Shown here: one piece after another, positions 40,765 through 50,415 of the stretch
Layout of the letters: every line of letters begins with the position of its first letter
How positions within the stretch are numbered: position 1 is the stretch's first letter
DNA from: an uncultured cyanobacterium
GTDB taxonomy: Bacteria; Cyanobacteriota; Cyanobacteriia; Cyanobacteriales; CAWCAG01
Assembly: GCA_963803805.1 (NCBI GenBank)
Contig: CAWDOD010000011.1
Location: 727,525 to 791,524 of the forward strand
Reading direction: 5' to 3'
Length of the DNA: 64,000 bases
Program-made: the position numbers and the translations under genes
The notes under the pieces: model-generated
The model's input: only the letters and a program-made list of their open reading frames with translations
Told to the model about the DNA's origin: nothing
The model's database searches: none

Positions 40765-41656
40765 ATGAAGATTTTTGAAAATAAAATAAGCAAATTAGTA
40801 TACGGTAGCACAGAAGAAGTGCTTAACACTCAGGTAGCCGATGCTTCTGTTGACTTAATTTTTGTTGATCCTCCTTACAATATTGGCAAAAAGTTTGCCA
40901 ACTTTTATGATCAAATGGCCTAGTGATAAAGACTATGCTGAGTGGTGTTATCAATGGATTGATATTTGTATTAAAAAACTCAAGCCTTCAGGCTCAATGT
41001 ATTTGATGACAAGCACCCAGGCAATGCCCTATCTGGATTTGTATGTAAGAGACAAATTGTCTGTCTTATCTCGTATTGTTTGGTCTTATGATAGTTCTGG
41101 TGTACAAGCTAAAAAGCATTATGGCTCTCTTTGGGAGCCAATTTTGTTTTGTGTTAAAGACAAAAATAATTACACATTTAATGTAGATAATATTCTCATA
41201 GAGGCTAAAACAGGAGCAAAGCGTAAGCTGATTGATTATAGAGGTAAAACTCCAAGACCTTATAACACAAAAAAAGTACCTGGCAATGTTTGGAATTTTC
41301 CACGAGTACGTTACCGGATGGAAGAATATGAAGATCACCCATCTCAAAAACCAGAGGCATTACTAGAAAGAATAATTAAAGCAAGTTCTAATATAGGGGA
41401 TTTAATTCTTGACCCTTTTGCTGGGACTTTTACTACCTGTGCTGTTGCTCAACGTTTAGGTCGAAAATCTATTGGAATTGAGTTTCAAGAAGACTATTTT
41501 AAAATTGGTTTACGTCGGCTAAATATTACGGATAAATTTAATGGTGAAAAACTTAAGCCATTAGATAAAAACTATGTAAGAAAAAATCAATTGAAGAAAG
41601 ATGAGCAGCAAATGGAGTTGTTTGAGCCATGGAACATAAATTTACTCCAGTCATAA
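40765..41656 (+). pseudogene. Beta-class adenine DNA methyltransferase (YhdJ / M.AvaIII-like) with a +1 frameshift at about 40912
   Basis: MKIFENK...DLIFVDPPYNIGK in the frame from 40765 ends at TAG 40921; KWPSDKDY...HPSQKPEALLER...DPFAGTFTT lies in the next frame; span 892 nt = 3n+1. Confidence 0.85.
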
Positions 41657-42735
41657 AAAAGATTCTTAAAAATTATTTTGGTGATTCTGCCGAGAAGATT
41701 TACGAAAAAAGCTATCTTATTGAGTATTTGAACCGTAAAACAAAGTCAGTAAATCGCGGCAGTAAATCAAGAGGATCATTTGCAAATCACTATGCAGTTT
41801 ATGTACTTATTGAAGACTATATTTCAAAAGGATTTGCGACTACTAAAAGCTCATATTCTGAGTATGAAGGAGCTATTTACACGAATCTATTGACAAGAAT
41901 AAGGGAACTACCTTTTGGGCAGAGACTTCAAAACCATGCACTAAACAGCAGAATGAATGAAGAATTCAAGAAATTCTTTCCAAATATTCAATACAAGCCG
42001 ATTATCAGGGATTTAGAAACTAAAAGATATTGGATCAATGAAAACCTTTTAATCATATCTACTAATGGTAAACAATATAATATTGCCAAGGCAATTATTA
42101 AAATAATTGATGCTTATATTGAGGGAAAAAGGTCTGCTTTTAATCAATTTATTACCTATACATCGGAACTTGCCCTAGCTTCAAAGGACAATTCAGATCA
42201 AGCGATAGATTTTATAAATAAACAAATTCAACCTGACGTAGATGCAAGAGTATTTGAGATCGTAAGTTATGCTATCTTGAAATCCTATTATGCAAATACT
42301 TTTTTGTATTGGGGATGGGAAGCAGAAGACCTAAACAGAGAGCCACTTAAGCTATACAAGACAGGCAGGACTAATGCTAATGATGGTGGAATTGACTTTG
42401 TAATGAAGCCATTGGGAAGAATTTTCCAAGTCACAGAAACTTTGGATTTCAAAAAGTATTTTCTAGATATTGATAAAATTCAGCGATATCCAGTCACGTT
42501 TGTAATTAAAACAGAACTAGAAGAAGATAAAATTTATGAGCAATTGAAATTAAAGGCTCAATCACTGTATGGAATAAAAGCTATAGTACAGAAATATATG
42601 GAGTCTATTGAAGAGATTATAAATATTCCGAAGCTTAATAAAATATTTTTTGAACAAGTGGAACAAGAAAAAGTTAGACAGATAATGCAAGAAATAGTTC
42701 TTCAAAGCAGAATAGAGTTTAACTACTACGAATAA
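41629..42735 (+). CDS. Type II restriction endonuclease, probably AvaIII/NsiI-like
   Basis: Overlaps the MTase end; ARVFEIVSYAILK and KTGRTNANDGGIDF...FQVTET motifs; specificity inferred from the MTase family only. Confidence 0.7.
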   Translation: MEHKFTPVIKKILKNYFGDSAEKIYEKSYLIEYLNRKTKSVNRGSKSRGSFANHYAVYVLIEDYISKGFATTKSSYSEYEGAIYTNLLTRIRELPFGQRLQNHALNSRMNEEFKKFFPNIQYKPIIRDLETKRYWINENLLIISTNGKQYNIAKAIIKIIDAYIEGKRSAFNQFITYTSELALASKDNSDQAIDFINKQIQPDVDARVFEIVSYAILKSYYANTFLYWGWEAEDLNREPLKLYKTGRTNANDGGIDFVMKPLGRIFQVTETLDFKKYFLDIDKIQRYPVTFVIKTELEEDKIYEQLKLKAQSLYGIKAIVQKYMESIEEIINIPKLNKIFFEQVEQEKVRQIMQEIVLQSRIEFNYYE

Positions 42736-42885
42736 CATTATCCAACAGTTCTAGATAAAGATTATCAAAAGAGAAATTAGCTCTTTATCCTTAAGATAAT
42801 GCGACTTAATTATAGGTAACATAAAAAATAGGGTTATAGATGTTGGATGGGCAACTCATAAAATCCCTTGAAGAGGCATAGCTTT

Positions 42886-43434
42886 CTAAGTAAACAAAAA
42901 CCGACAAATATAAACTGCCCCTAAAATTCCGACAACATCAGCAATTAAACCTGCTACCAAAGCATGGCGAATTCTTTTTATGCCTACTGAACCAAAATAA
43001 ACCGCCAGTACATAAAAAGTAGTTTCCGTTGAACCATACATAGTTGCCCCGATTTTTGCAACTAAAGAATCCTGTCCATATTCTTTGACTAAATCACTCA
43101 ACAAACCAAAGGAACCGCTACCAGAAAGAGGGCGCATAATTCCTAAGAGGAGGTTTTCTGGAGGGAAACCAATAAATTCAAGGATAGGAGATACTGCGGT
43201 GATGAAAAGATCCAAAGCCCCAGAAGCCCTAAACATACCTATAGCTACTAAAATAGCGACTAAATAAGGAATAATTCTAATGGCAATATCAAAGCCGTCT
43301 TTTGCCCCTTCAACAAATACTTCATACACTTTTATGCGACGAAATACTAAGGCATAAAAAGGAATACTAACTAATAGCAGAGGAATAACATATTTAGCTG
43401 CGGTGTCGAAAATGTCTACTACTGATTCAATCAT
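42886..43434 (-). CDS. SpmB-like nucleoside-recognition (Gate) membrane protein
   Basis: VYEVFVEGAKDG, PYLVAILVAIGMFRASGA, RPLSGSG, GSTETTFYVLAVYFGSV. Confidence 0.88.
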   Translation of the reverse strand: MIESVVDIFDTAAKYVIPLLLVSIPFYALVFRRIKVYEVFVEGAKDGFDIAIRIIPYLVAILVAIGMFRASGALDLFITAVSPILEFIGFPPENLLLGIMRPLSGSGSFGLLSDLVKEYGQDSLVAKIGATMYGSTETTFYVLAVYFGSVGIKRIRHALVAGLIADVVGILGAVYICRFLFT

Positions 43435-43699
43435 TTTAATTGCTAGTTACTAATGGCTAATGACCTGGGACTTAGACAAAAACAAAGCCTGAACTCTCTT
43501 GATACATCTGAGAGACGTTTTTCCTTTTACATTCTCCCCATATTTTCTCTATACGCTTCCTAAACTCTCTTTTCTGGGATTAATTTCTTAGTAAAGAATC
43601 TAATATCAGCTTCAACTTGTACCGGAGTGAAAACAATTCAGTCAAAAATAGTGTAGGGAAAAAAAGACGGCTGTGTATTAATTAGTCCAGAAATCAGGG

Positions 43700-44332
43700 T
43701 TAGTTATTAGTTTGAAATGATTCCGTTTCTTGTTCAATTGGGGTTGGGTTTATTTCATTATTTTTTTCTGGTTCTTTTTCGAGGAGAATTTCTGTCTCCC
43801 TTGCCTTTGCTTTGGCTGTGGCATTTTCCCAACTTGCTTGGTAAACTGCCATTTCCCTTTGGGCAGTTTCGTAGTCAGGACTAGACTTAGGTACAGACTC
43901 CATCAACTTTATAGCTGCTTGCCATTGATTAGCGGCTGTTTGCCACTCTTGTGGGGTTTTGGCGATTTGAGAACTAGAGGCGGCATTTTTGGCTTGGCTT
44001 TGGGCTAAAGTATAAGGGGAAGGAGTAAGGGGTTCTTCGGGAATAGAACTAGGAGACGGTTTTGCTTCCAAAATAGGCGAAGGTTCTACCCCAGGAAGGG
44101 GATTTGTTTGGGGAGAAACTTGAGGAGGTGGTGTAGAAGTATTGGTTTGTGAAGGTGCAACCGAAGCAGATTGAGAAGAGAATAAAGGGGATTCACATTC
44201 TAATTCTAACCCCATAATACACCTTACTTCATCTGTAGCGACCACAGCAGCAAGTCCTGCGATCGCAACAATTAAACCGAATAAAGATATAGTTCTATCC
44301 AAACTAGATTGACTCATAAAACAGTTTATCAA
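43700..44332 (-). CDS. Membrane-anchored hypothetical protein with Pro-rich linker and helical domain
   Basis: N-terminal TM; A.T..EW..AA.QW..AI.LM..VP.SSP.Y..AQ cyanobacterial helical motif. Confidence 0.6.
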   Translation of the reverse strand: MINCFMSQSSLDRTISLFGLIVAIAGLAAVVATDEVRCIMGLELECESPLFSSQSASVAPSQTNTSTPPPQVSPQTNPLPGVEPSPILEAKPSPSSIPEEPLTPSPYTLAQSQAKNAASSSQIAKTPQEWQTAANQWQAAIKLMESVPKSSPDYETAQREMAVYQASWENATAKAKARETEILLEKEPEKNNEINPTPIEQETESFQTNN

Positions 44333-44353
44333 TTACTAATTAACCCTAATTCC

Positions 44354-45301
44354 TTATATAGCTTGTTGATGTCCTAATTTAAGGAAAATACTTTCTAAGT
44401 CTTCTTCAGTACAATGGAAACCTGTCAGGGGAATATCTAATTTTACTAGCGATCGCAATAAATTTGCACGATCTTGAGTTTCTCCAGAAAAGTTAACTCG
44501 CAAACTATTTTCCCCGAATACTTGCCACTCTTGTACGAAAGGATTTTTGCTTAATTCGCCTTGTAACAAGTCTAATTTACCCAAAGTGGAAATGGTGATT
44601 TGCTGCTGGCTTAAACGTTGATAAAGTTCTTTCAATGAAGCATTTTCTACCAAGTAACCCAACTCCATAATCCCCACTGAAGTACATAATTCCCCTAAAT
44701 CACTCAGAACATGAGAAGAAATTAAAATCGTCATCCCCGCTTCTTGTAAAACTTTAATAATGTCGCGAAATTGCCTCCTAGCGATGGGATCTAAGCCGGA
44801 AACAGGTTCATCTAAAAGAAGTAAAATCGGTTCGTGAATAATAGTTCTCGCCAGACTGAGACGCTGTTTCATGCCCCGTGATAAAGTAGCAATAAGGCTA
44901 CGGCGCTTATTACCTAACTGTACTAGTTCCAACACTTCATACAACCGCCTATGACGTTGGGGTTGCTTCAGATGGTACAGCCGAGCAAAGTAGTCCAGGT
45001 AATCCCAAACTGTTAAATCTTCGTATAAAGGGAAGTCGTCAGGGAGATAACCTAAACGTCGCTTTAAAATCGGGTTACTATCATCTTGGCTGAGGCGATC
45101 GCCATTGAGATAAATTTCCCCATTTGTTGGTTCTTCTACTGCGGCTAACATCCGAATCAGAGTAGTTTTTCCTGCCCCATTGGGACCAATTAAACCATAA
45201 ACTTCACCACTAGCTATTTGCAAATCCAGTTCACGAACCGCAACATGGCGATCAAATTGCTTAGTAAGTCCGCGAGTTTCTATGGCTATTTCTTGTGTCA
45301 T
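44354..45301 (-). CDS. ABC transporter ATP-binding protein
   Basis: GPNGAGKT, LSRGMKQR, LLDEP, SSH. Confidence 0.95.
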   Translation of the reverse strand: MTQEIAIETRGLTKQFDRHVAVRELDLQIASGEVYGLIGPNGAGKTTLIRMLAAVEEPTNGEIYLNGDRLSQDDSNPILKRRLGYLPDDFPLYEDLTVWDYLDYFARLYHLKQPQRHRRLYEVLELVQLGNKRRSLIATLSRGMKQRLSLARTIIHEPILLLLDEPVSGLDPIARRQFRDIIKVLQEAGMTILISSHVLSDLGELCTSVGIMELGYLVENASLKELYQRLSQQQITISTLGKLDLLQGELSKNPFVQEWQVFGENSLRVNFSGETQDRANLLRSLVKLDIPLTGFHCTEEDLESIFLKLGHQQAI

Positions 45302-45366
45302 TGCTTATTAAACATTAGTTATTGAAAGCTATAATCAGCCTATAAATGAGGATTACTCATCATAAT

Positions 45367-46152
45367 TTACCAAAGTTTAAACCGAGAAACAATTGCCTTC
45401 GCAATTTGTTGGGGGAAATAAAGACTTGAATCAATAAACAGAGTTCTTTGGGGGGCAACAATTTCTAAAGCTGACTTAGTTGTATGAGGATTATAATTAA
45501 GTCTTTCTGTTGTAACAATCTTGAGTTTCTGTTGCAAATTATCCACTGTAACTTGCCCCGTTTCAACTAAATCAAATATTTGCTTTCTTTCAGTAAAAGG
45601 AAATGAGTTCATGAGATTGTTTAAATTGTCTAAATCTTTAGTTGCTAAGACTAAATCAAAAGCATCTTGGCGAGTAAGGAGACGTTCCAACCTAATTATA
45701 TCTGGTGCATTTAAACAAACAAATTGAGCTAAAGGCAACTTTTGTACCGCATAAATAACTTCTTCTTCACCTCTTAAACCGTCAAAAATCAGTAAAGGTT
45801 TAACCTGTTGAGGATCAAGATAAAGTTGCGTCAAAATATAAGCTATTCCTGAAGGAACTTCTTCTCGATAGCGGCGAGTATAACTAAAACGTTCAACTCT
45901 ATCTAAATCTTTTACTTCCCGCCCTGCTTTTTCTAACATAGGGGCGAGAATAAATTTGTCAGTGAGGATGCGTCGATTGGGTAAAAGAGTAAAATTCAAT
46001 CCTTCTGCCATTAAAGAAGTAACAGTAGTGCTTTTGCCAACCCCTGTATTACCCACAAGGATTAGACAAGGAAAATTAACAATTTTTTCCCAACCTAAAG
46101 GGATAGGTAAACCTAAACCTATTCTTGCCATCAAACATTGATCATTTACCAT
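45367..46152 (-). CDS. P-loop NTPase (nucleotide kinase-like/AAA) of unknown function
   Basis: LILVGNTGVGKST Walker A; FDGLRG. Confidence 0.7.
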   Translation of the reverse strand: MVNDQCLMARIGLGLPIPLGWEKIVNFPCLILVGNTGVGKSTTVTSLMAEGLNFTLLPNRRILTDKFILAPMLEKAGREVKDLDRVERFSYTRRYREEVPSGIAYILTQLYLDPQQVKPLLIFDGLRGEEEVIYAVQKLPLAQFVCLNAPDIIRLERLLTRQDAFDLVLATKDLDNLNNLMNSFPFTERKQIFDLVETGQVTVDNLQQKLKIVTTERLNYNPHTTKSALEIVAPQRTLFIDSSLYFPQQIAKAIVSRFKLW

Positions 46153-46258
46153 GATACGAAATCAACACCCTTCACGGGCAAACAGCATCAATAACGACTT
46201 AGCTTACTAACTAAGTAGCACTCCCAAAGTATCTCATCAATTTCCGGTATTAATTAAA

Positions 46259-46358
46259 TAAGAGCATTCCAAGAAAAAAATGCTCCAGAAGCTAATAGCT
46301 ATTAGCTATTAGCTAAAATCAGAAGATTTTGGATACTTCCTTCATTAGAGTACTCTAA
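46259..46358 (+). repeat. Diverged third member of the 118-bp element family
   Basis: TAAGAGCATTCCAAGAAAA...heptamers...GCTAAAATC...TTAGAGTACTCTAA matches the ends and layout of 11533-11650. Confidence 0.6.
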
Positions 46359-46421
46359 CTGTCAATGTCTTTACCTGTTGCCTGTTCCCTTCCTCGCAAA
46401 CCAATTTAAAAGCATAACAGA

Positions 46422-47129
46422 TTATCTCACTTTCACAATTAAAAGAGAAAAATAGGGTAACTTTAACTGCGATCGCTCCTCTAAATTATCGTAAATAACT
46501 TGATCAGGGAAAGTAGCTTTTTCTATTACCCAACTTGACTTGAGTAGGTTGTGTTTATGTAAAATTTGCCAAACTTGTTGGTAAACAGAACTTACCTTCA
46601 TCAAAACTACCACATCCGCCCAACGGATTACCTCTACTAATTCTTCTGGGTGATATAAAGCTGGTAAAACAGCTAAACGTTGAGAACGTACTGTTAAGGG
46701 TATACCCAAAGCATTAGCAGCAGCTAGGGGAGAACAAACCCCTGGTACAGTTTTAATAGTAACTTGAGGATGTAGTTGCTGCAAAGTTTGGGCTAAATAG
46801 GTGAAGGTGCTATAAAAACTCACATCTCCTTCACAAGCAAAAGCAACATCTTCTCCTGAGTGTAGATGATGCCAAACCTCTTCTGCCGCATCTTCCCAAG
46901 CCTTGATCAGAACCTTTTCTTCCTGGGTATAGGGAAAAATCAAAGGTAATTTGTGCTGCGGTGGAGATAACCAAGGTTCAATAATTTGCTCAGCAATTCC
47001 TGGTTTACCATGTAATCCTGCGGGGAAAGCAACTACCGTCGCCTCCTTGAGGATGCGTAGGGCTTTCAGGGTAATTAACTCAGGATCTCCTGTACCGACA
47101 CTGATACCGTAGAGAAGAGGTGATTGCAA
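46422..47129 (-). CDS. cobI: Precorrin-2 C20-methyltransferase
   Basis: LYGISVGTGDPELITLKA, EGDVSFYSTF, VPGVCS, VLMKV, PYFSL. Confidence 0.9.
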   Translation of the reverse strand: MQSPLLYGISVGTGDPELITLKALRILKEATVVAFPAGLHGKPGIAEQIIEPWLSPPQHKLPLIFPYTQEEKVLIKAWEDAAEEVWHHLHSGEDVAFACEGDVSFYSTFTYLAQTLQQLHPQVTIKTVPGVCSPLAAANALGIPLTVRSQRLAVLPALYHPEELVEVIRWADVVVLMKVSSVYQQVWQILHKHNLLKSSWVIEKATFPDQVIYDNLEERSQLKLPYFSLLIVKVR

Positions 47130-47141
47130 AATTTCTTTCCT

Positions 47142-47840
47142 ATGTTACCAACTGTTATTTTACCGGGCTATTTAGCTGCTGCTCAAGATTATCAAGAACT
47201 AGAAAATGCTTTGCAACAAAGGGGCTATCCTACCACAACTGTCCCTTTAACTAAATGGCATTGGCTTCCTACCTTGGGAGGGCGTTCTGTTGTACCGATA
47301 ATAAAGCGTATTCATCATACTGTACAGCAAGTACAACAAAAATATAACTGCTCGCAAATTAATTTAGTTGCCCATTCTGCGGGAGGTTGGATTGCTCGTA
47401 TTTATTTAGGAAAAATCCCCTACAATACTCATGGGAATGGGGAGAAAGTTGCAGGAGTGTGGCAAGCTTATCCTCAAGTTGCTTCCTTAATTAGTTTAGG
47501 AACCCCCCATGTAAGTCAAGAGCGATGGACAAAAAAGAACTTGGATTTTGTTGCCGATAACTATCCTGGGGCTTTCTACCCTGGTGTTAAGTATGTCTGC
47601 GTTGCTGGTAAAGCTATTTATGGAGAAAGGAAACTGGGAAGCTGGCTTGCTTATAACAGTTATAAGTTGACTAGCGGTGAACCAAATACTTGGGGAGATG
47701 GCATCACTCCTGTAGCCGCAGCACATCTAGAAGGTGCAATTAATCTTACCTTAGAAGGAGTTCAGCATTCCCCTCAATCTTCTGGGAGTTGGTATGGTTC
47801 TCCAGAAGTTATTCCAGCTTGGGTTAATTACTTGTCCTAA
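47142..47840 (+). CDS. Alpha/beta hydrolase (lipase/esterase)
   Basis: AHSAGG nucleophile elbow, SLGTPH, GDGITP, GVQHSP. Confidence 0.85.
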   Translation: MLPTVILPGYLAAAQDYQELENALQQRGYPTTTVPLTKWHWLPTLGGRSVVPIIKRIHHTVQQVQQKYNCSQINLVAHSAGGWIARIYLGKIPYNTHGNGEKVAGVWQAYPQVASLISLGTPHVSQERWTKKNLDFVADNYPGAFYPGVKYVCVAGKAIYGERKLGSWLAYNSYKLTSGEPNTWGDGITPVAAAHLEGAINLTLEGVQHSPQSSGSWYGSPEVIPAWVNYLS

Positions 47841-47843
47841 AAT

Positions 47844-47872
47844 TAAACCGGGTTAATTATTAACCCGGTTTA
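47844..47872. terminator. Perfect palindrome between convergent genes
   Basis: TAAACCGGGTTAAT-T-ATTAACCCGGTTTA. Confidence 0.7.
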
Positions 47873-47934
47873 GGAATTCTTGTACTAAATTTTAGTTACC
47901 AGGGGCTAGAAACGAAAAATCCTGGCTTTTTAAT

Positions 47935-48408
47935 TTATTGGGGAGCGCAAGTACTATACTCCCCCAGGCTGCCCTCTTCTCCACCAACTTGGATGCCTGT
48001 GTCAAGAATTTGGGCATCGGCAATATTCAAGTTTTCCATGGAAGCCCCAGTAACATCAGCATCGTAGATGATAGCATTGGCGAAGTTAACGCCATCTAGA
48101 TCGCTATTATTCATGCAAGCATTGGTAAGAAAAGCAGAGTTGAGGTTAGCCCCTTCGAGATTTGCACCAGTTAGATCTGCACCTTCGAGGTTAGCTTCAA
48201 AAAGATTTGCTCCTTGAAGGTTAGCTTCTCGCAAATCTGCACCAATTAAATGAGCGCCTTCTAAGTTTGCACCTTCTAAGTTACAACCTGGACATTGATT
48301 GGTATCTAGCAGTTTTTCAGTATGAAGGGGATTTTCTGCTCTTAAAGAAGTTGCTAAAAATAAAGGGGTTATTAAGGCTAAAGCTGTTACTAAAATTTTG
48401 GTTTGCAT
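47935..48408 (-). CDS. Secreted/lumenal pentapeptide repeat protein
   Basis: Signal peptide, LL.T.QCPGCNL, A(N/D)LxG repeats. Confidence 0.92.
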   Translation of the reverse strand: MQTKILVTALALITPLFLATSLRAENPLHTEKLLDTNQCPGCNLEGANLEGAHLIGADLREANLQGANLFEANLEGADLTGANLEGANLNSAFLTNACMNNSDLDGVNFANAIIYDADVTGASMENLNIADAQILDTGIQVGGEEGSLGEYSTCAPQ

Positions 48409-48969
48409 TGAATTTTATCCTCACTTACTTCACAAATTAATCTATTCGCTACCACACACAAAGCTTAAAAGATAACTTCTTCAAATTAATCTACTATAAT
48501 TCTAGCATTTGCCTTGCTTCAGTTACCTCCGTCTTTGGTTAGCTTTTACTACAAGAGGCGATCGCCTTTTTCCTGAGCTACAACGAAAAATCAAAATTTA
48601 TCCTTAGCTGCCCCTAAGCAATACTCTAGATTTAATTGCTATACCAAAATCTCAACTTCTTGTTAATGCTGTTGCGATAAGACGAGCCTATGGCTTCGCT
48701 ACGTGCCAATTTTTATAGCAATAAAATAATAATCAAACAACTTTAATACTGTCATGCTGAATCTCTTTTAAGGTGATGCACTATCTACATTTTGTTTCTC
48801 CCTATTAAGGGTAAAAAGTTAACCAATAACACTATTGTAAAAGCGATTTTGCTAGCTTACTTTTATTGCCGGTAGTAAATCGAGATCATCTAGGTTCAGT
48901 TAGTCAACAAGGGTACAAATAAACTAATAACTCCTCTTTTGATCTACCACCTAATCTATGTAATCAAAA

Positions 48970-50334
48970 ATGACAGTATCTGAAATTATCCACGATTATG
49001 GCCAGAAAATCACCAGTACAAATGAAGAAGGAAAACTAAGCTATTGGCAAACAATTATGGGGGCATCTCTAATTGGTATTGCTGGAGGGTTAGTAGCAAC
49101 TAGTTATTATTTTGTTCTAGAAAAACTTTTACATTTTTTCTGGCATACTTTCCCGGAATTTGTAAACCCTTATTTCCCCCCTTGGTTGCCTGCTTGGAAC
49201 TACGTTTGGATTGTTACCACAATAGGGGGATTTTTTGTTGGTTTATCTCTTCACTTATTAGGATTACCTGGAGAAATGGCGGTGGTAATAGATAGTGTCC
49301 ATGATCCTGGTAGAATGGACACCAAGCAAACACCTGGGATGATTATCACCTCCTTGATTTCTATTACTGCTGGAGGTAGTGCAGGACCAGAAGCTCCTTT
49401 AGTACAGGTTAATGGTAGTTTGGGTAGTTGGTTAGGAACAAAGTTAAACCTAGCCGTGAACAATGTTCGTATCTTCACCTTTTGCGGTATGAGTGCTGCC
49501 CTGGGAGCCTTTTTTGGCGCACCGATTGGGGGAGCGCTTTTTGCCTTAGAAATTCCCCACCGCCGCAGTTTAGAATACTATGAAGCCATTGTACCAGCTA
49601 TCATTGCAGGTATATTTAGTTTCTCTGTCTTTCGCTTCAGTACCGGTTTAGATGTAGGAGGTATTTATCGCTTCGATTTATTGGCTGATTTGCCAACTCT
49701 TTCTTGGTTTCATCTCCTCCAAGGAATTATTTTAGGTTTGGCTGGAGGACTAGCGGCAATTATCTTTATTTATATTTTTCGTTTCACTAAATCTTGGATT
49801 GAAGCTATTGAACATCGACATATTTTACTAGCAACTTTAGGTGGTTTGTCCATCGGCCTCATTGCCCTCATTTTTCCCCAAACTCTCTTCTTTAGTGAAG
49901 AACAAATTGAAACAGTTATTGAACAGGGGCCAACTTTAGGGGTAACTATGTTGCTAGGCATTGCTGTAGCCAAAATGTTTGCCATCAGCTTTACTCTCCA
50001 CGGTGGCTTTAGAGGCGGCTTTATCTTCCCTCTATTCTTTATCGGCGCTAACTTAGGATTAGCAATTTCCATTGCCCTACCGCAATTTCATCCCACCATC
50101 GCCATGCTTTGTCTTATGGCAGCAGTTAATGTGGCAGTCACCAAAACCCCTGTCAGTACCGCTGTTATTCTTACTGTTCTTTCTGATACTACCATTCTGC
50201 CCATAGTTGCGATCGCTTCTTTTACTAGCTTTCTTATCACTGCCAATATTTCTCTATTGAAAACCCAAAGATCCCGCAGTTTTGAGGAGATTGAAAATGG
50301 TAGCGTCAGCGGGTATGAACCTAAATTTAGTTAA
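48970..50334 (+). CDS. ClC-family chloride channel/transporter
   Basis: GGSAGPEAP, FGAPIGGALFALE, GFRGGFIFP; many TM helices. Confidence 0.9.
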   Translation: MTVSEIIHDYGQKITSTNEEGKLSYWQTIMGASLIGIAGGLVATSYYFVLEKLLHFFWHTFPEFVNPYFPPWLPAWNYVWIVTTIGGFFVGLSLHLLGLPGEMAVVIDSVHDPGRMDTKQTPGMIITSLISITAGGSAGPEAPLVQVNGSLGSWLGTKLNLAVNNVRIFTFCGMSAALGAFFGAPIGGALFALEIPHRRSLEYYEAIVPAIIAGIFSFSVFRFSTGLDVGGIYRFDLLADLPTLSWFHLLQGIILGLAGGLAAIIFIYIFRFTKSWIEAIEHRHILLATLGGLSIGLIALIFPQTLFFSEEQIETVIEQGPTLGVTMLLGIAVAKMFAISFTLHGGFRGGFIFPLFFIGANLGLAISIALPQFHPTIAMLCLMAAVNVAVTKTPVSTAVILTVLSDTTILPIVAIASFTSFLITANISLLKTQRSRSFEEIENGSVSGYEPKFS

Positions 50335-50415
50335 TTAACAGATAAAAAGATCAAAGTACTGATTCTCCAGAATTTACTGAAAATCACTTTAAGTAAATTC
50401 GTGGGAGTTTTTTCA

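Noticed and set aside
48409-48969. Fluoride riboswitch upstream of the ClC gene
   Set aside because: No convincing consensus by eye, and the protein has GPEAP rather than the CLC-F signatures; an Rfam scan would settle it
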